A DNA stretch of 64,000 bases. It comes from an uncultured Bacilli bacterium. GTDB lineage: Bacteria > Bacillota_I > Bacilli_A > RF39 > UBA660. Position 1 is the stretch's first letter. Every line of letters begins with the position of its first letter. The notes under the pieces were generated by a model, which saw only the letters and a list, made by a program, of their open reading frames with translations, searched no databases and was not told where the DNA came from. The position numbers were made by a program, and so were the translations under genes. The stretch spans positions 119,383 through 183,382 of the forward strand of contig CAKOMK010000002.1 in the NCBI GenBank assembly GCA_934096645.1, given 5' to 3'. Shown here piece after piece: positions 31,405-41,474 of the stretch.

Positions 31405-31854
31405 TTATTTTTTTATATCATATCTCACATACTCACTATCATTTTCTCTAATTAAACATCCAAATTTACCAATTATTTTAATTTCACTTTCAAGTGGTAA
31501 AAACACTAAATCTTTTGTTTTATTACTATCAGCATTTTCGCTCAAAGAAGCAGTAATATGTGGTACTTTTAACTTACCATCAATATCATAATTAATAAAG
31601 TATTTTTCTAATTCTTTTGGTAACTCTATTTCAAATCCACTATTATTAGAATCACTTCCATAACCAATTAATTTAATTTCAAATTCACGACCAAAAAGAT
31701 CATAAAAGATTTCTTTTTCACTTGGTTTATATTTAAAAGTACAATGTAATACTTTATATATTTTAGGTAATTTATTCTTTTCTAAGCTTCTTATTAATTC
31801 ATTATCTCTAAAAAACAATCCTTCATATACGATCATAATAGCCTCAATCAACAA
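31405..31854 (-). CDS. 2H phosphoesterase superfamily protein (LigT/YjcG-like)
   Basis: Two H-x-T/S motifs (LHCTF and PHITA) at the right spacing. Confidence 0.5.
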   Translation of the reverse strand: MLIEAIMIVYEGLFFRDNELIRSLEKNKLPKIYKVLHCTFKYKPSEKEIFYDLFGREFEIKLIGYGSDSNNSGFEIELPKELEKYFINYDIDGKLKVPHITASLSENADSNKTKDLVFLPLESEIKIIGKFGCLIRENDSEYVRYDIKK

Positions 31855-32308
31855 GTTCTGAATCTTGAATCATAACTGCATCTTTAAGACCTTTATGAAC
31901 TACCTTCAAAACAACATTATCATCATCTATTAGTACAATCTTTTTATTAGTACTAAAGCTTTCTAAAAATTCTAATTTTAATTGAGCAGAAGTTTTACCA
32001 GGATTAGATTCTTTAGATATAATATGTCTATTATCTTTACTAGCATAATCAACATATTTATCTAACCAACTATTCTTTTCTTCAATTTGAGAATCATTAT
32101 TACATACAGATAATATATGTACTTCTATTCTTTCATTTAAGACTTCTTTTATTTTATTAATATTACTATTAAGTGGTCTTTTCATACCAAAATTGTATGG
32201 TTTACCAAAATCATATGAAGCGAGTACCCCATCCATATCAATAAATAAAACTATATCATTTTCTTTTAATATATTATTAATAACTCTTTTAAAATGCATA
32301 CCATTCAC
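31844..32308 (-). CDS. HAD-superfamily 5'(3')-deoxyribonucleotidase-like hydrolase
   Basis: Motif I FIDMDGVLA (DxDGV). Confidence 0.55.
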   Translation of the reverse strand: MNGMHFKRVINNILKENDIVLFIDMDGVLASYDFGKPYNFGMKRPLNSNINKIKEVLNERIEVHILSVCNNDSQIEEKNSWLDKYVDYASKDNRHIISKESNPGKTSAQLKLEFLESFSTNKKIVLIDDDNVVLKVVHKGLKDAVMIQDSELVD

Positions 32309-32354
32309 CTACATAAATTATAACAAATCAAAACTAATTTTAAAAGTTAATAAA

Positions 32355-33524
32355 TCATTGCTTAACGACAAAATTCAAATTACTTGGTGATCCAGCATAT
32401 TCTTTAAGTTTATCTATATCCTTCTTTGTTCTAACATACACAATATTTGATTTAACATCATTAAGCATTCCATCTACATATGTTTCATCTAAAATATTAA
32501 AATTGCTTAAATCAAGTTCTTTAATAGCAGTATTAGAAAACATAAAATTCATACTAGTAACACTACTTGTATCAAAACTACTTAAGTCTAATTTTGTAAT
32601 ACTTGAATTGGCAAACATCCGACTCATATCAATTACATTAGCAGTATCAAATTTATTTAACCCTACTATTTCTATAGCTCTTGAATCAAAAAACATATCA
32701 TACATATTAGTAACACTTCTTGTATCAAAACTACTTAAGTCTAATTCTAAAGCACTTGAGTCAGTAAACATCCCACTCATATCAACTACATTGCTTGTAT
32801 CAAAATTACTTAAATCTAATTTTGTAACGTTTGAACTAGAAAACATACCATACATATTAGTTACACTACTCGTATTAAAATTACTTAAGTCTAATTCTAA
32901 AGCACTTGAGTCAGAAAACATACTACTCATGTCAGTTACATTACTTGTATCAAAACTGCTTAAATCTAATTTTGTAACGTTTGAACTAGAAAACATACCA
33001 TACATATTAGTTACACTACTCGTATTAAAATTACTTAAGTCTAATTCTAAAGCACTTGAGTCAGTAAACATCCCACTCATATCAACTACATTACTTGTAT
33101 CAAAACTGCTTAAATCTATTTCAGTTGCATTAGAATCGTCAAACATGTAACTCATAGACACTATTGGTTTTCCATTGATAGTATTACAAAGTTTTGTGGT
33201 AACAGGGTCAGTACTATTTTTATCTGTTAGCATTACTCCCCAACCATCTTCATTAATATTTATCCATTTTACAAACAAACCACGTTCTTGCATATATCTA
33301 TATGTATATTGTCCATTTACATACTCTGCACCTTGTACTAATTCTCCATCAAATGTACACTCTAAGACTTCTTTAGGTTTATCATCACATTTATTATCAT
33401 TATTTTTGTTATTATTAACATTTTCATTATTATTTTTTATATCATAATAAAAGCCCAATCCACAAAGACTGGTGCTTATAACAAATAATACTATTAATAA
33501 AAATAAAATGAATTTATGTTTCAC
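32355..33524 (-). CDS. Secreted surface protein with about 8 DUF285-type (Mycoplasma/Firmicutes 'LDLSxFDTSNVTDMSxMF') repeats
   Basis: Signal peptide/TM at the N-terminus, then repeated …LDLS(S/N)F(D/N)TS(N/S)V(T/V)(D/N)M(S/Y)GMF… units. Confidence 0.75.
   Translation of the reverse strand: MKHKFILFLLIVLFVISTSLCGLGFYYDIKNNNENVNNNKNNDNKCDDKPKEVLECTFDGELVQGAEYVNGQYTYRYMQERGLFVKWININEDGWGVMLTDKNSTDPVTTKLCNTINGKPIVSMSYMFDDSNATEIDLSSFDTSNVVDMSGMFTDSSALELDLSNFNTSSVTNMYGMFSSSNVTKLDLSSFDTSNVTDMSSMFSDSSALELDLSNFNTSSVTNMYGMFSSSNVTKLDLSNFDTSNVVDMSGMFTDSSALELDLSSFDTRSVTNMYDMFFDSRAIEIVGLNKFDTANVIDMSRMFANSSITKLDLSSFDTSSVTSMNFMFSNTAIKELDLSNFNILDETYVDGMLNDVKSNIVYVRTKKDIDKLKEYAGSPSNLNFVVKQ
32504..33149 (-). 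repeat. Tandem 75-78-bp coding repeats (DUF285 units), several copies near-identical at the DNA level
   Basis: Blocks such as ttacttaagtctaattctaaagcacttgagtcag[t/a]aaacat… recur almost verbatim. They generate a spurious 215-aa antisense ORF. Confidence 0.8.
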
Positions 33525-33598
33525 ACTTAATCACCACTTCTATTCTACAAATAGTATATCATATAAAAATATTCAAATAAAGAAAAAGCTATAAAATA

Positions 33599-35263
33599 TT
33601 ATAGCTTATCAACAGTATCAATACCTAATATAGATAAAGATGACTTTAATACTTTATTAATAGCACTTAATAATCTAAGTCTAGATGATTTAAGAACTTC
33701 ATCTTCTTCATTAGAAATATTAATTTGCTCATAAAACTTAGAAAATAATTGTGTTAAATTAAATATATATTTAGTTAATTTAGCAGGTTCATAACTATGA
33801 AGTAAATCATCAACTACACCTGGGAAATAAGAAAGTTCTTTAATAATTTTATCTTCTATTTCATTATTAAACTTAACTGTTTCAGTATTAGTAATTTGAT
33901 TATTTCTTAAAATAGAATTAATTCTAGCAACACTATATAAAATATACATACCACTTTCACCATTGAAACTAGTAGCATTTTGTAAATTAAAGTTAACTAT
34001 TTTCTTCTTAGATACATTTAACATAGTAAATTTAATACAAGCATTACATAATATATTTAATTTATCTTCATCAATCTTAGTATTTCTCTTTTCAAATTCA
34101 TTAGTTAATGTACTTTTAACAGCTTTCATAAAATCACTAACTAATACAACAGTACCTTCAGAAGTACTCATTTTATCTCCATCTAAAAGTACATAAGAAT
34201 AACTAATTAATTTAGGAGCAGTATATCCTAAAATATCCATAACAGCACTTATTTGTTGCATATAAACTTCTTGATCTTCACCCAAAACAATAAAGTTATT
34301 TTTATTATTCATAGTAATTTTATCAATAGTATAAGCAATATCTTTAATTGGATATAAAGATGTTTTATTAGAACGAGTTAATACTAAAACAGGTTCTTTA
34401 GTAGGAATATTATAATCACTTAAATCTACATAATATCTACCAAGTTCATCTTCTTTTAATTTACCTTTTTCATCTAACTTATTTAAGATATTTTTAAGAT
34501 ACTTATTATAAACATAATCAGATTCATGAGTAAATACATCAAAATGAATATTTAATTCATCAAATATCTTCATTTGACCTTCTACACACTTATCAGTAAT
34601 CTTCTTAAACTTTTGAATCATTTCATCATCGCCATTTTCAACAGCTTCTAAATAATCAAAAGCTTGCTTTTCAAGACTATCATCTTTCTTAGCATCATTA
34701 CTAATCTTAACATAAACATCTAATATAGAACTAAAATCATCATTAGAAAGACCATACTTTTCAATACCAATAACTAAAAGAGCAATCTTTTTACCTAAAT
34801 CATTAATAAAATAATGTCTTTGTACTTTATAACCAGTAAATCTATATAAATTGCTCATAAAGTCACCAATCAAACTATTTCTAACTCTTCCTATATGTGG
34901 TTCTGCATTAGGATTAATAGATGTATGTTCAATTAATAATTCTTCATTATGTCCTTGATTTAATGATCCATAATTATCATTCTTTTCAATAGTATTAATT
35001 ATCATATTAGAGAATTTATCATAATTTAAATAAAAATTAACATAAGGACCCATTATTTTAATTTCACTAAAGTATCCTTCTTCATCATTAAAATTTTCTT
35101 TAATTAAATTAGCTATTTCAATAGGATTATTATGGTTTTCATCTTTTAATGATACACATTGTATACTATAATCTCCCATTCCATCTTTAGGTGGTATTTC
35201 TACTTTAATTGGATTTTCTGTGTTTAATAATTCTTTTATTTTTCCTGCTATATAATCTTTCAT
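33599..35263 (-). CDS. argS: Arginyl-tRNA synthetase
   Basis: Class I HIGH-like NPNAEPHIGRVRN motif. C-terminal DALR anticodon-binding region. 554 aa. Confidence 0.9.
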   Translation of the reverse strand: MKDYIAGKIKELLNTENPIKVEIPPKDGMGDYSIQCVSLKDENHNNPIEIANLIKENFNDEEGYFSEIKIMGPYVNFYLNYDKFSNMIINTIEKNDNYGSLNQGHNEELLIEHTSINPNAEPHIGRVRNSLIGDFMSNLYRFTGYKVQRHYFINDLGKKIALLVIGIEKYGLSNDDFSSILDVYVKISNDAKKDDSLEKQAFDYLEAVENGDDEMIQKFKKITDKCVEGQMKIFDELNIHFDVFTHESDYVYNKYLKNILNKLDEKGKLKEDELGRYYVDLSDYNIPTKEPVLVLTRSNKTSLYPIKDIAYTIDKITMNNKNNFIVLGEDQEVYMQQISAVMDILGYTAPKLISYSYVLLDGDKMSTSEGTVVLVSDFMKAVKSTLTNEFEKRNTKIDEDKLNILCNACIKFTMLNVSKKKIVNFNLQNATSFNGESGMYILYSVARINSILRNNQITNTETVKFNNEIEDKIIKELSYFPGVVDDLLHSYEPAKLTKYIFNLTQLFSKFYEQINISNEEDEVLKSSRLRLLSAINKVLKSSLSILGIDTVDKL

Positions 35264-35480
35264 ATTTTCCTCCTAAATAAAAAATTCTATAACTCAAGGG
35301 TGAATTAATCCACGGTACCACCTTGATTCATAGAATTCTATGCACTTTATTCTTTAACGCAGATATACGTCTAAACTAGAAAGCTCTTTTCATATTAATA
35401 TTATTATTGTTTTTCACTAACCAACAACTCACTGTAATAAGAGATTAATATTACTTTTCTCCCCTTCGTTCGATGAACAT
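35264..35480 (-). promoter_or_regulatory. T-box riboswitch leader of argS (K-turn GAGAAAAGUA, distal AGUGA, candidate specifier AGA, F-box GCGUUAAAG, T-box AAGGUGGUACCGUG, terminator)
   Basis: GGTGGTACCGTG followed by a GGGTGAATTAATCCACGGTACC… hairpin and a U-run, just before the GGAGG SD. Confidence 0.75.
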
Positions 35481-35509
35481 ATTTTAACACATGTAAACAA
35501 AATAATCAA
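35481..35509 (-). promoter_or_regulatory. Sigma-A promoter for the argS leader (TTGATT-17-TAAAAT)
   Basis: Hexamers with a 17-nt spacer on the minus strand. Confidence 0.5.
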
Positions 35510-35558
35510 GATATTTTATTTTTATAATAATTATTATATAATTTATCTAGGTGATATC

Positions 35559-35795
35559 ATGAATTTTAATTTAAATTTCAATAATAATTTTAATGGTAAT
35601 AATTTTAATAGAGGTAACAACAATCCTCCTAAATTCAATCAAAGTGGTTATAAGTTAAATTATCAAACTCCTACTGATCAAGTAAAACCTAAAAATCAAT
35701 ATACAAGTGTTGATGGTAGAAAATATGATAATTATGAGAATGTAAGAATAGCTAACCAACAATTTATTGATGAAATGAACAAAAAGCGTAATTAA
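35559..35795 (+). CDS. Small Asn-rich hypothetical protein, 78 aa
   Basis: ORF with low-complexity N/F-rich sequence. Divergent from argS. Confidence 0.35.
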   Translation: MNFNLNFNNNFNGNNFNRGNNNPPKFNQSGYKLNYQTPTDQVKPKNQYTSVDGRKYDNYENVRIANQQFIDEMNKKRN

Positions 35796-35807
35796 TACGC
35801 TTTTTTT
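35781..35807. terminator. Bidirectional terminator between convergent genes
   Basis: AAAAAGCGTA-attaa-TACGCTTTTTTT. Confidence 0.65.
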
Positions 35808-36931
35808 CTTAACATTATAACACTACCATCATCTTGTTTTTTTAATCTTCTTTTGACTACTATATCTTTATTAACTTTGCATAGTGTATCATCTTTAACT
35901 TCAAATGTAATTGGATTTAAAAAATATCCTAAAAATTCACTATCAATTTCTCCAGCTATATAGAATGTTTTAGTACATCTAGTTTTAAAGTCATCAGCAA
36001 ATACAATAATATCTCCTACACTAGCTTCTCCATTTACTAAATCATAAAATTCTTTTTTATCAGCTTCTTCTACTCCTTCATTAAAGTATAATCCAGAATG
36101 TATAAATTCAAATACTCTATCAAGTTCATTATCTTTTAATTTATCACAAACACTATATATATTATCAGTAGTTGTATTACAATATGAATTAATAACATAT
36201 CTTTCATATCTACTATTAGGATAATCTTGTAAGAATAATGCATATCTATATCTATTATATACATGAGTTATAGGAGACACATATAATTTATTACCCTCAA
36301 CTCTCCAAACTAAATATGGTCTTTTATAGTCTTTAGCATCTTTACCTATATATCTACATTCTAATTGTTCTGCACTTTTAATATAAATAATATGTCCTGG
36401 TTCTATTTTTTTACCACTTTGAGTAAAGTAATCATATCCCATTTCAATAAAACTTCCTTTAAATGCATTATTTTTAATTGCTTTCATTAAATTATAACAC
36501 TTTTTAGCATATTCACTATCAGGATAATAATGAAATATATATTTTATATATTGTTTAGCTTCATATATTTCACCTTTAAATAAATATATCTTAGCAAGTA
36601 AATAAAATCTTCTAGGAGATAATAATTTAACATCACTTAATATTCTTAAAGCATCTTCACATTTACCACAATAATAATAATTAAAAGCTAGTTCAATTTT
36701 ATCTTCATCTTTTCTACAATAGCCTTCTAATTTATTTAGTGCCTCATATCCTTCCTTATATCTATGCAATTGTATTAAACTTCCAGCATATCTACATATA
36801 GTAGTAAAATCCATATTAAAACAATCAAGCATATTTTCACTAAATAAATCTAAATATTCTTGATATTGCCCATCAATATATAATCTATTTAATTCTTTAT
36901 ATAACATATTACGCCTTCTTTCGAGGCACAT
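35792..36931 (-). CDS. Hypothetical protein with an N-terminal TPR-like helical repeat region, 379 aa
   Basis: Repeated Y/A/L helical hairpin pattern in the first ~150 aa. The C-terminal domain is unrecognised. Confidence 0.45.
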   Translation of the reverse strand: MCLERRRNMLYKELNRLYIDGQYQEYLDLFSENMLDCFNMDFTTICRYAGSLIQLHRYKEGYEALNKLEGYCRKDEDKIELAFNYYYCGKCEDALRILSDVKLLSPRRFYLLAKIYLFKGEIYEAKQYIKYIFHYYPDSEYAKKCYNLMKAIKNNAFKGSFIEMGYDYFTQSGKKIEPGHIIYIKSAEQLECRYIGKDAKDYKRPYLVWRVEGNKLYVSPITHVYNRYRYALFLQDYPNSRYERYVINSYCNTTTDNIYSVCDKLKDNELDRVFEFIHSGLYFNEGVEEADKKEFYDLVNGEASVGDIIVFADDFKTRCTKTFYIAGEIDSEFLGYFLNPITFEVKDDTLCKVNKDIVVKRRLKKQDDGSVIMLRKKAY

Positions 36932-36956
36932 ATTATATCACAAAAATCTTATTTTG

Positions 36957-37451
36957 TCATCTATGATTTCTTCTATTCATTTGAAAACTATCTTTTTTAT
37001 ATTGCATTCTTATAAAATGATTTATTAATTCTACTTTTTCTTCTCCAAAAACAATAAAATAATTTCCATCTACATCCCACCAAAAATCATATAAACACTC
37101 ATCAGGAAAACTTTCTATATATTTTTTAATTGTTTTTTCTCTTTCAATATTTCTTTTAACTAGTTCATTATAAAATCTACTTCTACTTATTTTATTAACA
37201 AATTCTTTTTTAGCATATATAAACATCTCTTCACTTGCTTTAGTATTAACTCCAGTACCATAAAATCTATATCCAGAATCAAAGTATTCTATAAATGTTT
37301 TTATAGGGTGTTTTTCTTTCTCACTTTCTGTTATATTTAAATATAATAAGTCTGTTATTCTATTTATAGAATTAACATCTTCATACATAACATCAAGTTC
37401 ACTTACATTTCTAACTAAAAATTTACCTTTTTTCATATTCACACCCTCCAT
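36957..37451 (-). CDS. Hypothetical protein, 164 aa
   Basis: ORF only. Confidence 0.45.
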   Translation of the reverse strand: MEGVNMKKGKFLVRNVSELDVMYEDVNSINRITDLLYLNITESEKEKHPIKTFIEYFDSGYRFYGTGVNTKASEEMFIYAKKEFVNKISRSRFYNELVKRNIEREKTIKKYIESFPDECLYDFWWDVDGNYFIVFGEEKVELINHFIRMQYKKDSFQMNRRNHR

Positions 37452-37526
37452 TATAGCTTTATTTTATAATATGCTTTTTTATGGGTCAAGTTCTATAAAA
37501 GAAAAAAACTATTTTTTACAATAGTT

Positions 37527-38345
37527 TTATTTCACAATCAATTTTGGTTTCATTTCATCATTTTTATCAAGTCTAACTATTCCATATCCTACATATTCTT
37601 CTTCTACAAATCTTTTATGTAATGAGGCTAATTTTCCAAGAGGATATTCTTCTTTTGCTTTTACTAATGAATTATCTTGTATTTCATATCCATATCTTCT
37701 AAGTAATACTTTAATAGTGCTTTCTAATCCTAAAATATCTACATCATTATCTAAATTGGACATTCCAAGTCTTGATAATAATTCTCCAGTATTTGGTACT
37801 TTATTAGTTTCAATACATTCATATAAATATGATAATATATCATTCATAATTATATTAGAATAACAAAACATATCAATTATTGGATGTATTCCTATACAAA
37901 GCATATGATATCCAATAATATTAAATTTTCTAATTTCTTTTTCAAAAAATTTAGAAACTAACAATAAATCATTTGAATCTTCATCTGATTTACTATCAAC
38001 TAATACTCCATTAATATATAATTCATCATCATCAACTTCCACTCTACTTGATAATTCCATTAATCTTTTAAAATTAAAAGTTAAATATTTATCTGGAACT
38101 TCTACAGAATAATGTTGTATAACTGCATTAACATAAGCTTCTGGTGATATTACTTTTGAACTATCAACAAAGTTTACTCCTAAATATACTATATTATATT
38201 TTTCATCTAATACTGCACAACCAAATTTATTAGGTGTAAATATCACTATTCCATTACCAATTACTTCAAAATTTTCTGAATCAAAACCATAAATATCACA
38301 TACATCTTTAAATCTCATATTAAACATTATTTCATTCTTATTCAT
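37527..38345 (-). CDS. Hypothetical protein, 272 aa
   Basis: ORF only. Confidence 0.45.
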   Translation of the reverse strand: MNKNEIMFNMRFKDVCDIYGFDSENFEVIGNGIVIFTPNKFGCAVLDEKYNIVYLGVNFVDSSKVISPEAYVNAVIQHYSVEVPDKYLTFNFKRLMELSSRVEVDDDELYINGVLVDSKSDEDSNDLLLVSKFFEKEIRKFNIIGYHMLCIGIHPIIDMFCYSNIIMNDILSYLYECIETNKVPNTGELLSRLGMSNLDNDVDILGLESTIKVLLRRYGYEIQDNSLVKAKEEYPLGKLASLHKRFVEEEYVGYGIVRLDKNDEMKPKLIVK

Positions 38346-38464
38346 AATTTTCTCACCTAAAACTACTTGTTATCCTAACAAAATATACTAAAATTGTCAA
38401 TTTATACTTTAAAAATCACTAAAAATGTGATATAATATGTGCAATTTAAGAGGGGGAACAAAAA

Positions 38465-38989
38465 ATGAAAATTATAACAAAGGATTGCGCATATGTTCAA
38501 TATACTGATATAGCTGAACTAATTGATGCATTAATAGTGACAAAAGCAGAATGTCCACAAAGTGTATTAGAAACTTGCTATGGTACTACATTCACTTGTA
38601 ATAGTGATAATCAATTTGAATTTATGGAATTCTATAATGAAGATGCTATTGAATTCTTTAAAAACTTAAATTACATAGTTGATTATGATGATGTAAAAGA
38701 AACAAGTGAAGAAGCATTAGCTAAGCATTCAAATAGTCTTGCATTTAACAGAAATAAAATGATTCAAACATACAATCAAATGTCAAAGCAAAAACAAGAT
38801 GAATATCAAGAAGATGTTGAATTAAGAACAAAATTATTAGATCATAAAATTCAAACATTAGAACAATTTAGATTATTTAAAGCTGGTAAATTAAGAATGG
38901 ATTTACCAGAAGGAATCGAATATCCAGAAGGATGTAAATATGCTAAAGGATTCCAAAGATTTTTAAGAAGTTTTATTTATACAAGATAA
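38465..38989 (+). CDS. Hypothetical protein, 174 aa
   Basis: ORF with a GGGGGA SD. Confidence 0.5.
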   Translation: MKIITKDCAYVQYTDIAELIDALIVTKAECPQSVLETCYGTTFTCNSDNQFEFMEFYNEDAIEFFKNLNYIVDYDDVKETSEEALAKHSNSLAFNRNKMIQTYNQMSKQKQDEYQEDVELRTKLLDHKIQTLEQFRLFKAGKLRMDLPEGIEYPEGCKYAKGFQRFLRSFIYTR

Positions 38990-38996
38990 AAAATGC

Positions 38997-39488
38997 CTAT
39001 TTTGGCATTTTTTGTTTCTCATTTTTTCTCTTTTTAATAATTGAGCAAATAAAGTTACATTTTTCTTCTTCACTCATTTCTGGACGAGCAAGATCTAAAT
39101 CTATAAGTCTATATGCAAGATTTTTAAGACACGGAAACGATTTAAAGCTTTCTTCTAATTCTCCATTAACTAATAGTGGATACTTGTCTTCACGATATAA
39201 GCAAATATATTTTTTATCAATACATGGTTCTAAACATCTTTCTATAATTGCATCATCATCAAGATAATCTCCCTTTGTTTTTTTAGCATATACCATCTTA
39301 TTATAATTTTCTTCTGTTGTTATAATTATGTATTGAAAACAAACTATTAACCATGGTTGACTAACATTTAAATGTCTAGTTATAACAAAATTATCATCCA
39401 TAACATACTTATCACTATATATAGTAGTCAAATACTCATATATTGTTTTCATCAAAAGTTCATCAATAATACAAGTAGCTCTCGCCAT
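38997..39488 (-). CDS. Hypothetical protein, 163 aa
   Basis: ORF, convergent with the 38465 gene. Confidence 0.45.
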   Translation of the reverse strand: MARATCIIDELLMKTIYEYLTTIYSDKYVMDDNFVITRHLNVSQPWLIVCFQYIIITTEENYNKMVYAKKTKGDYLDDDAIIERCLEPCIDKKYICLYREDKYPLLVNGELEESFKSFPCLKNLAYRLIDLDLARPEMSEEEKCNFICSIIKKRKNEKQKMPK

Positions 39489-39544
39489 ATATTTATAACA
39501 ATGATTAACACTTTTCTTTAATCGTCTTATTTTATCTTTTATAT

Positions 39545-39688
39545 CAAATTTCTATCTTAAAAATCTTTATCCAAAATATTTTCATTTGATAAAGCAGATA
39601 ATCTTTTTTCTAAAACAATAATTTGTTCTTTACAAGAAACTATATATGCAAGTAATTCTTTTGAACTTTTAAACTCATACATATCTTT
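39545..39688 (-). CDS. Possible small ORF (47 aa, MAGEKDMYEFKSSKELLAYIVSCKEQIIVLEKRLSALSNENILDKDF)
   Basis: Open frame in the 440-nt intergenic region. No strong SD. Amphipathic/coiled-coil-like. Confidence 0.2.
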
Positions 39689-39963
39689 TTCACCAGCCAT
39701 AGTGTATCATTCTTATTTTAAGAAGTAAATTGAAAAATGATAATTTTTTTACAATAAAATTAACGTTTTGTTAGTCATTTTTTAATTATTATTGACTCAA
39801 TAACACATTAGTGATAGCTTATAAATTAGAAGGAAGTATATGATTGCAAATATATTGAGTAAAACATAATAATATGTGTCACTCATTTCACCAATGCAGT
39901 TATATATTCAACAATCAATAATCTGAAATGAGTGTTTTATTAATAGAAAGGAGATTATTAATT

Positions 39964-40257
39964 ATGGATAATATCAAACTTGAAAAAAGCAATTATGGAA
40001 AATTTATTCTTAGAGGTTCTTTAGCAGTAGAACATTACTATGAAATGAATGATGATAATAGTGATTTATTCGATGATTATAACAAAAAATTAAAAGAATA
40101 CTATGCATTATCAGTAAAAGACGAAAATAGTATAGAAAATATGTTCAAAGAATTAAAAGCACTAATAATCAAACTTGGAGAAGAAAACTTTACATTTTAT
40201 GAAGATGGTGACGTATTATACAACTATAATAAAGTAAAAAAAGGAGATGAAAAATAA
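39964..40257 (+). CDS. Hypothetical small acidic protein, 97 aa (start moved to MDNIKLEK, which has an AGGAGA SD)
   Basis: The track ORF starts at 39928, but the SD 'aaaggagattattaattATG' supports 39964. Confidence 0.45.
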   Translation: MDNIKLEKSNYGKFILRGSLAVEHYYEMNDDNSDLFDDYNKKLKEYYALSVKDENSIENMFKELKALIIKLGEENFTFYEDGDVLYNYNKVKKGDEK

Positions 40258-40394
40258 TGTCAAAAGGTGGAAACAATAGAGATTGGGATACGCAAGATAT
40301 GACATAGATAAATATGACGATTATAGTGACTCAAATTTACAATACACTAGTTATGAAAAAGATGGTTCAGTAAATAGCTATAAATACTAGAATC

Positions 40395-40898
40395 TTATAT
40401 ATATTTTACAGTCTCACTTAAATCTTTTCTCACATTATGTAAAGGATTTAATGGACAATCTTCACTTTTATATCCAATAGGTATTAAACAAATTGGAACA
40501 TTCTCACCAAGATTAAATTCTTGAATTAATTTTTCTTTATCAAACATTTCTATCCATATATTATCTAGTCCTACATTAGTAGCTTCAAGCATCATATGAG
40601 TAGCAACAATTGAAGCATCTACTATATATGTAGATTCATCATTCTTTTTAAACGCCATTTCTTTATTACTACACACAATTATCACTACTGGAGCATTATA
40701 TCTGCAGGGAGAACACTCATCAATCTTACTTAACGCTTCATTACTTTTAGCAACTAAAATATATTGTGGTTGTATATTTTTAGCAGTAGGTGCTACTCTA
40801 CCAGCTTCAAGTATACTTTTTATTTTATCTTCTTCTACTTCTCTACTACTAAATTTTCTAGTAGCTGTTCTTTTTCTAATTACATCTTCAAATTCCAT
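40395..40898 (-). CDS. Nitroreductase family protein
   Basis: N-terminal …RKRTATRKFSSREVEEDKIKSILEAGRVAPTAKNIQPQYILV… typical of the NADH oxidase/nitroreductase fold. Confidence 0.75.
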   Translation of the reverse strand: MEFEDVIRKRTATRKFSSREVEEDKIKSILEAGRVAPTAKNIQPQYILVAKSNEALSKIDECSPCRYNAPVVIIVCSNKEMAFKKNDESTYIVDASIVATHMMLEATNVGLDNIWIEMFDKEKLIQEFNLGENVPICLIPIGYKSEDCPLNPLHNVRKDLSETVKYI

Positions 40899-40928
40899 TT
40901 TATCAATCCTTTCTACAATAATTTTTTA

Positions 40929-41471
40929 TCACATTTCTTTATACAAATAACAATCTTCTTCATGAGAATAAATTATTCCTATAGCTTGTAAATAAGAATA
41001 AATAATAGTCGTACCAACAAATTTCATACCTCTTTTAATTAAATTATTTGATATCTTATCAGATAACTCATTTCTAGTTTTACCAACTTCATAATATATT
41101 TTATTCTCACTAAAAGTACATAAATAACTATAAAAACTTCCATATTCGCTAGTAATACTTTTAAATATTTTAGAGTTTTCTATACTAGCTTTAATTTTTA
41201 ATCTATTTCTTATTATCTCTTTAGAATTACATAATTCTTCTATTTTATCTTGATCATATAAAATAACTTTATCAATATCAAAATTATCATATAATAGTCT
41301 AAAACTATCCCTTTTATTTAATACACACTCCCATGAAAGTCCTGCTTGAAATGATTCAAGTATTAACATTTCATATAAGTATTTATCATCAGTATTAAGA
41401 ATACACCATTCATTATCATGATAATCAATATACTTTTGATTTTTTAAATTACACCATTTACATCTATTCAT
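40929..41471 (-). CDS. tag: DNA-3-methyladenine glycosylase I
   Basis: N-terminal RCKWC…YHDNEWC Zn-binding signature of Tag. Confidence 0.8.
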   Translation of the reverse strand: MNRCKWCNLKNQKYIDYHDNEWCILNTDDKYLYEMLILESFQAGLSWECVLNKRDSFRLLYDNFDIDKVILYDQDKIEELCNSKEIIRNRLKIKASIENSKIFKSITSEYGSFYSYLCTFSENKIYYEVGKTRNELSDKISNNLIKRGMKFVGTTIIYSYLQAIGIIYSHEEDCYLYKEM

Positions 41472-41474
41472 ATT

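Noticed and set aside
32503-33447. 215-aa and 90-aa plus-strand ORFs antisense to the DUF285 repeat gene
   Set aside because: They mirror the repeat periodicity of the minus-strand gene and consist of repetitive LLVSKLLKSN units, as expected for an antisense translation of tandem repeats.
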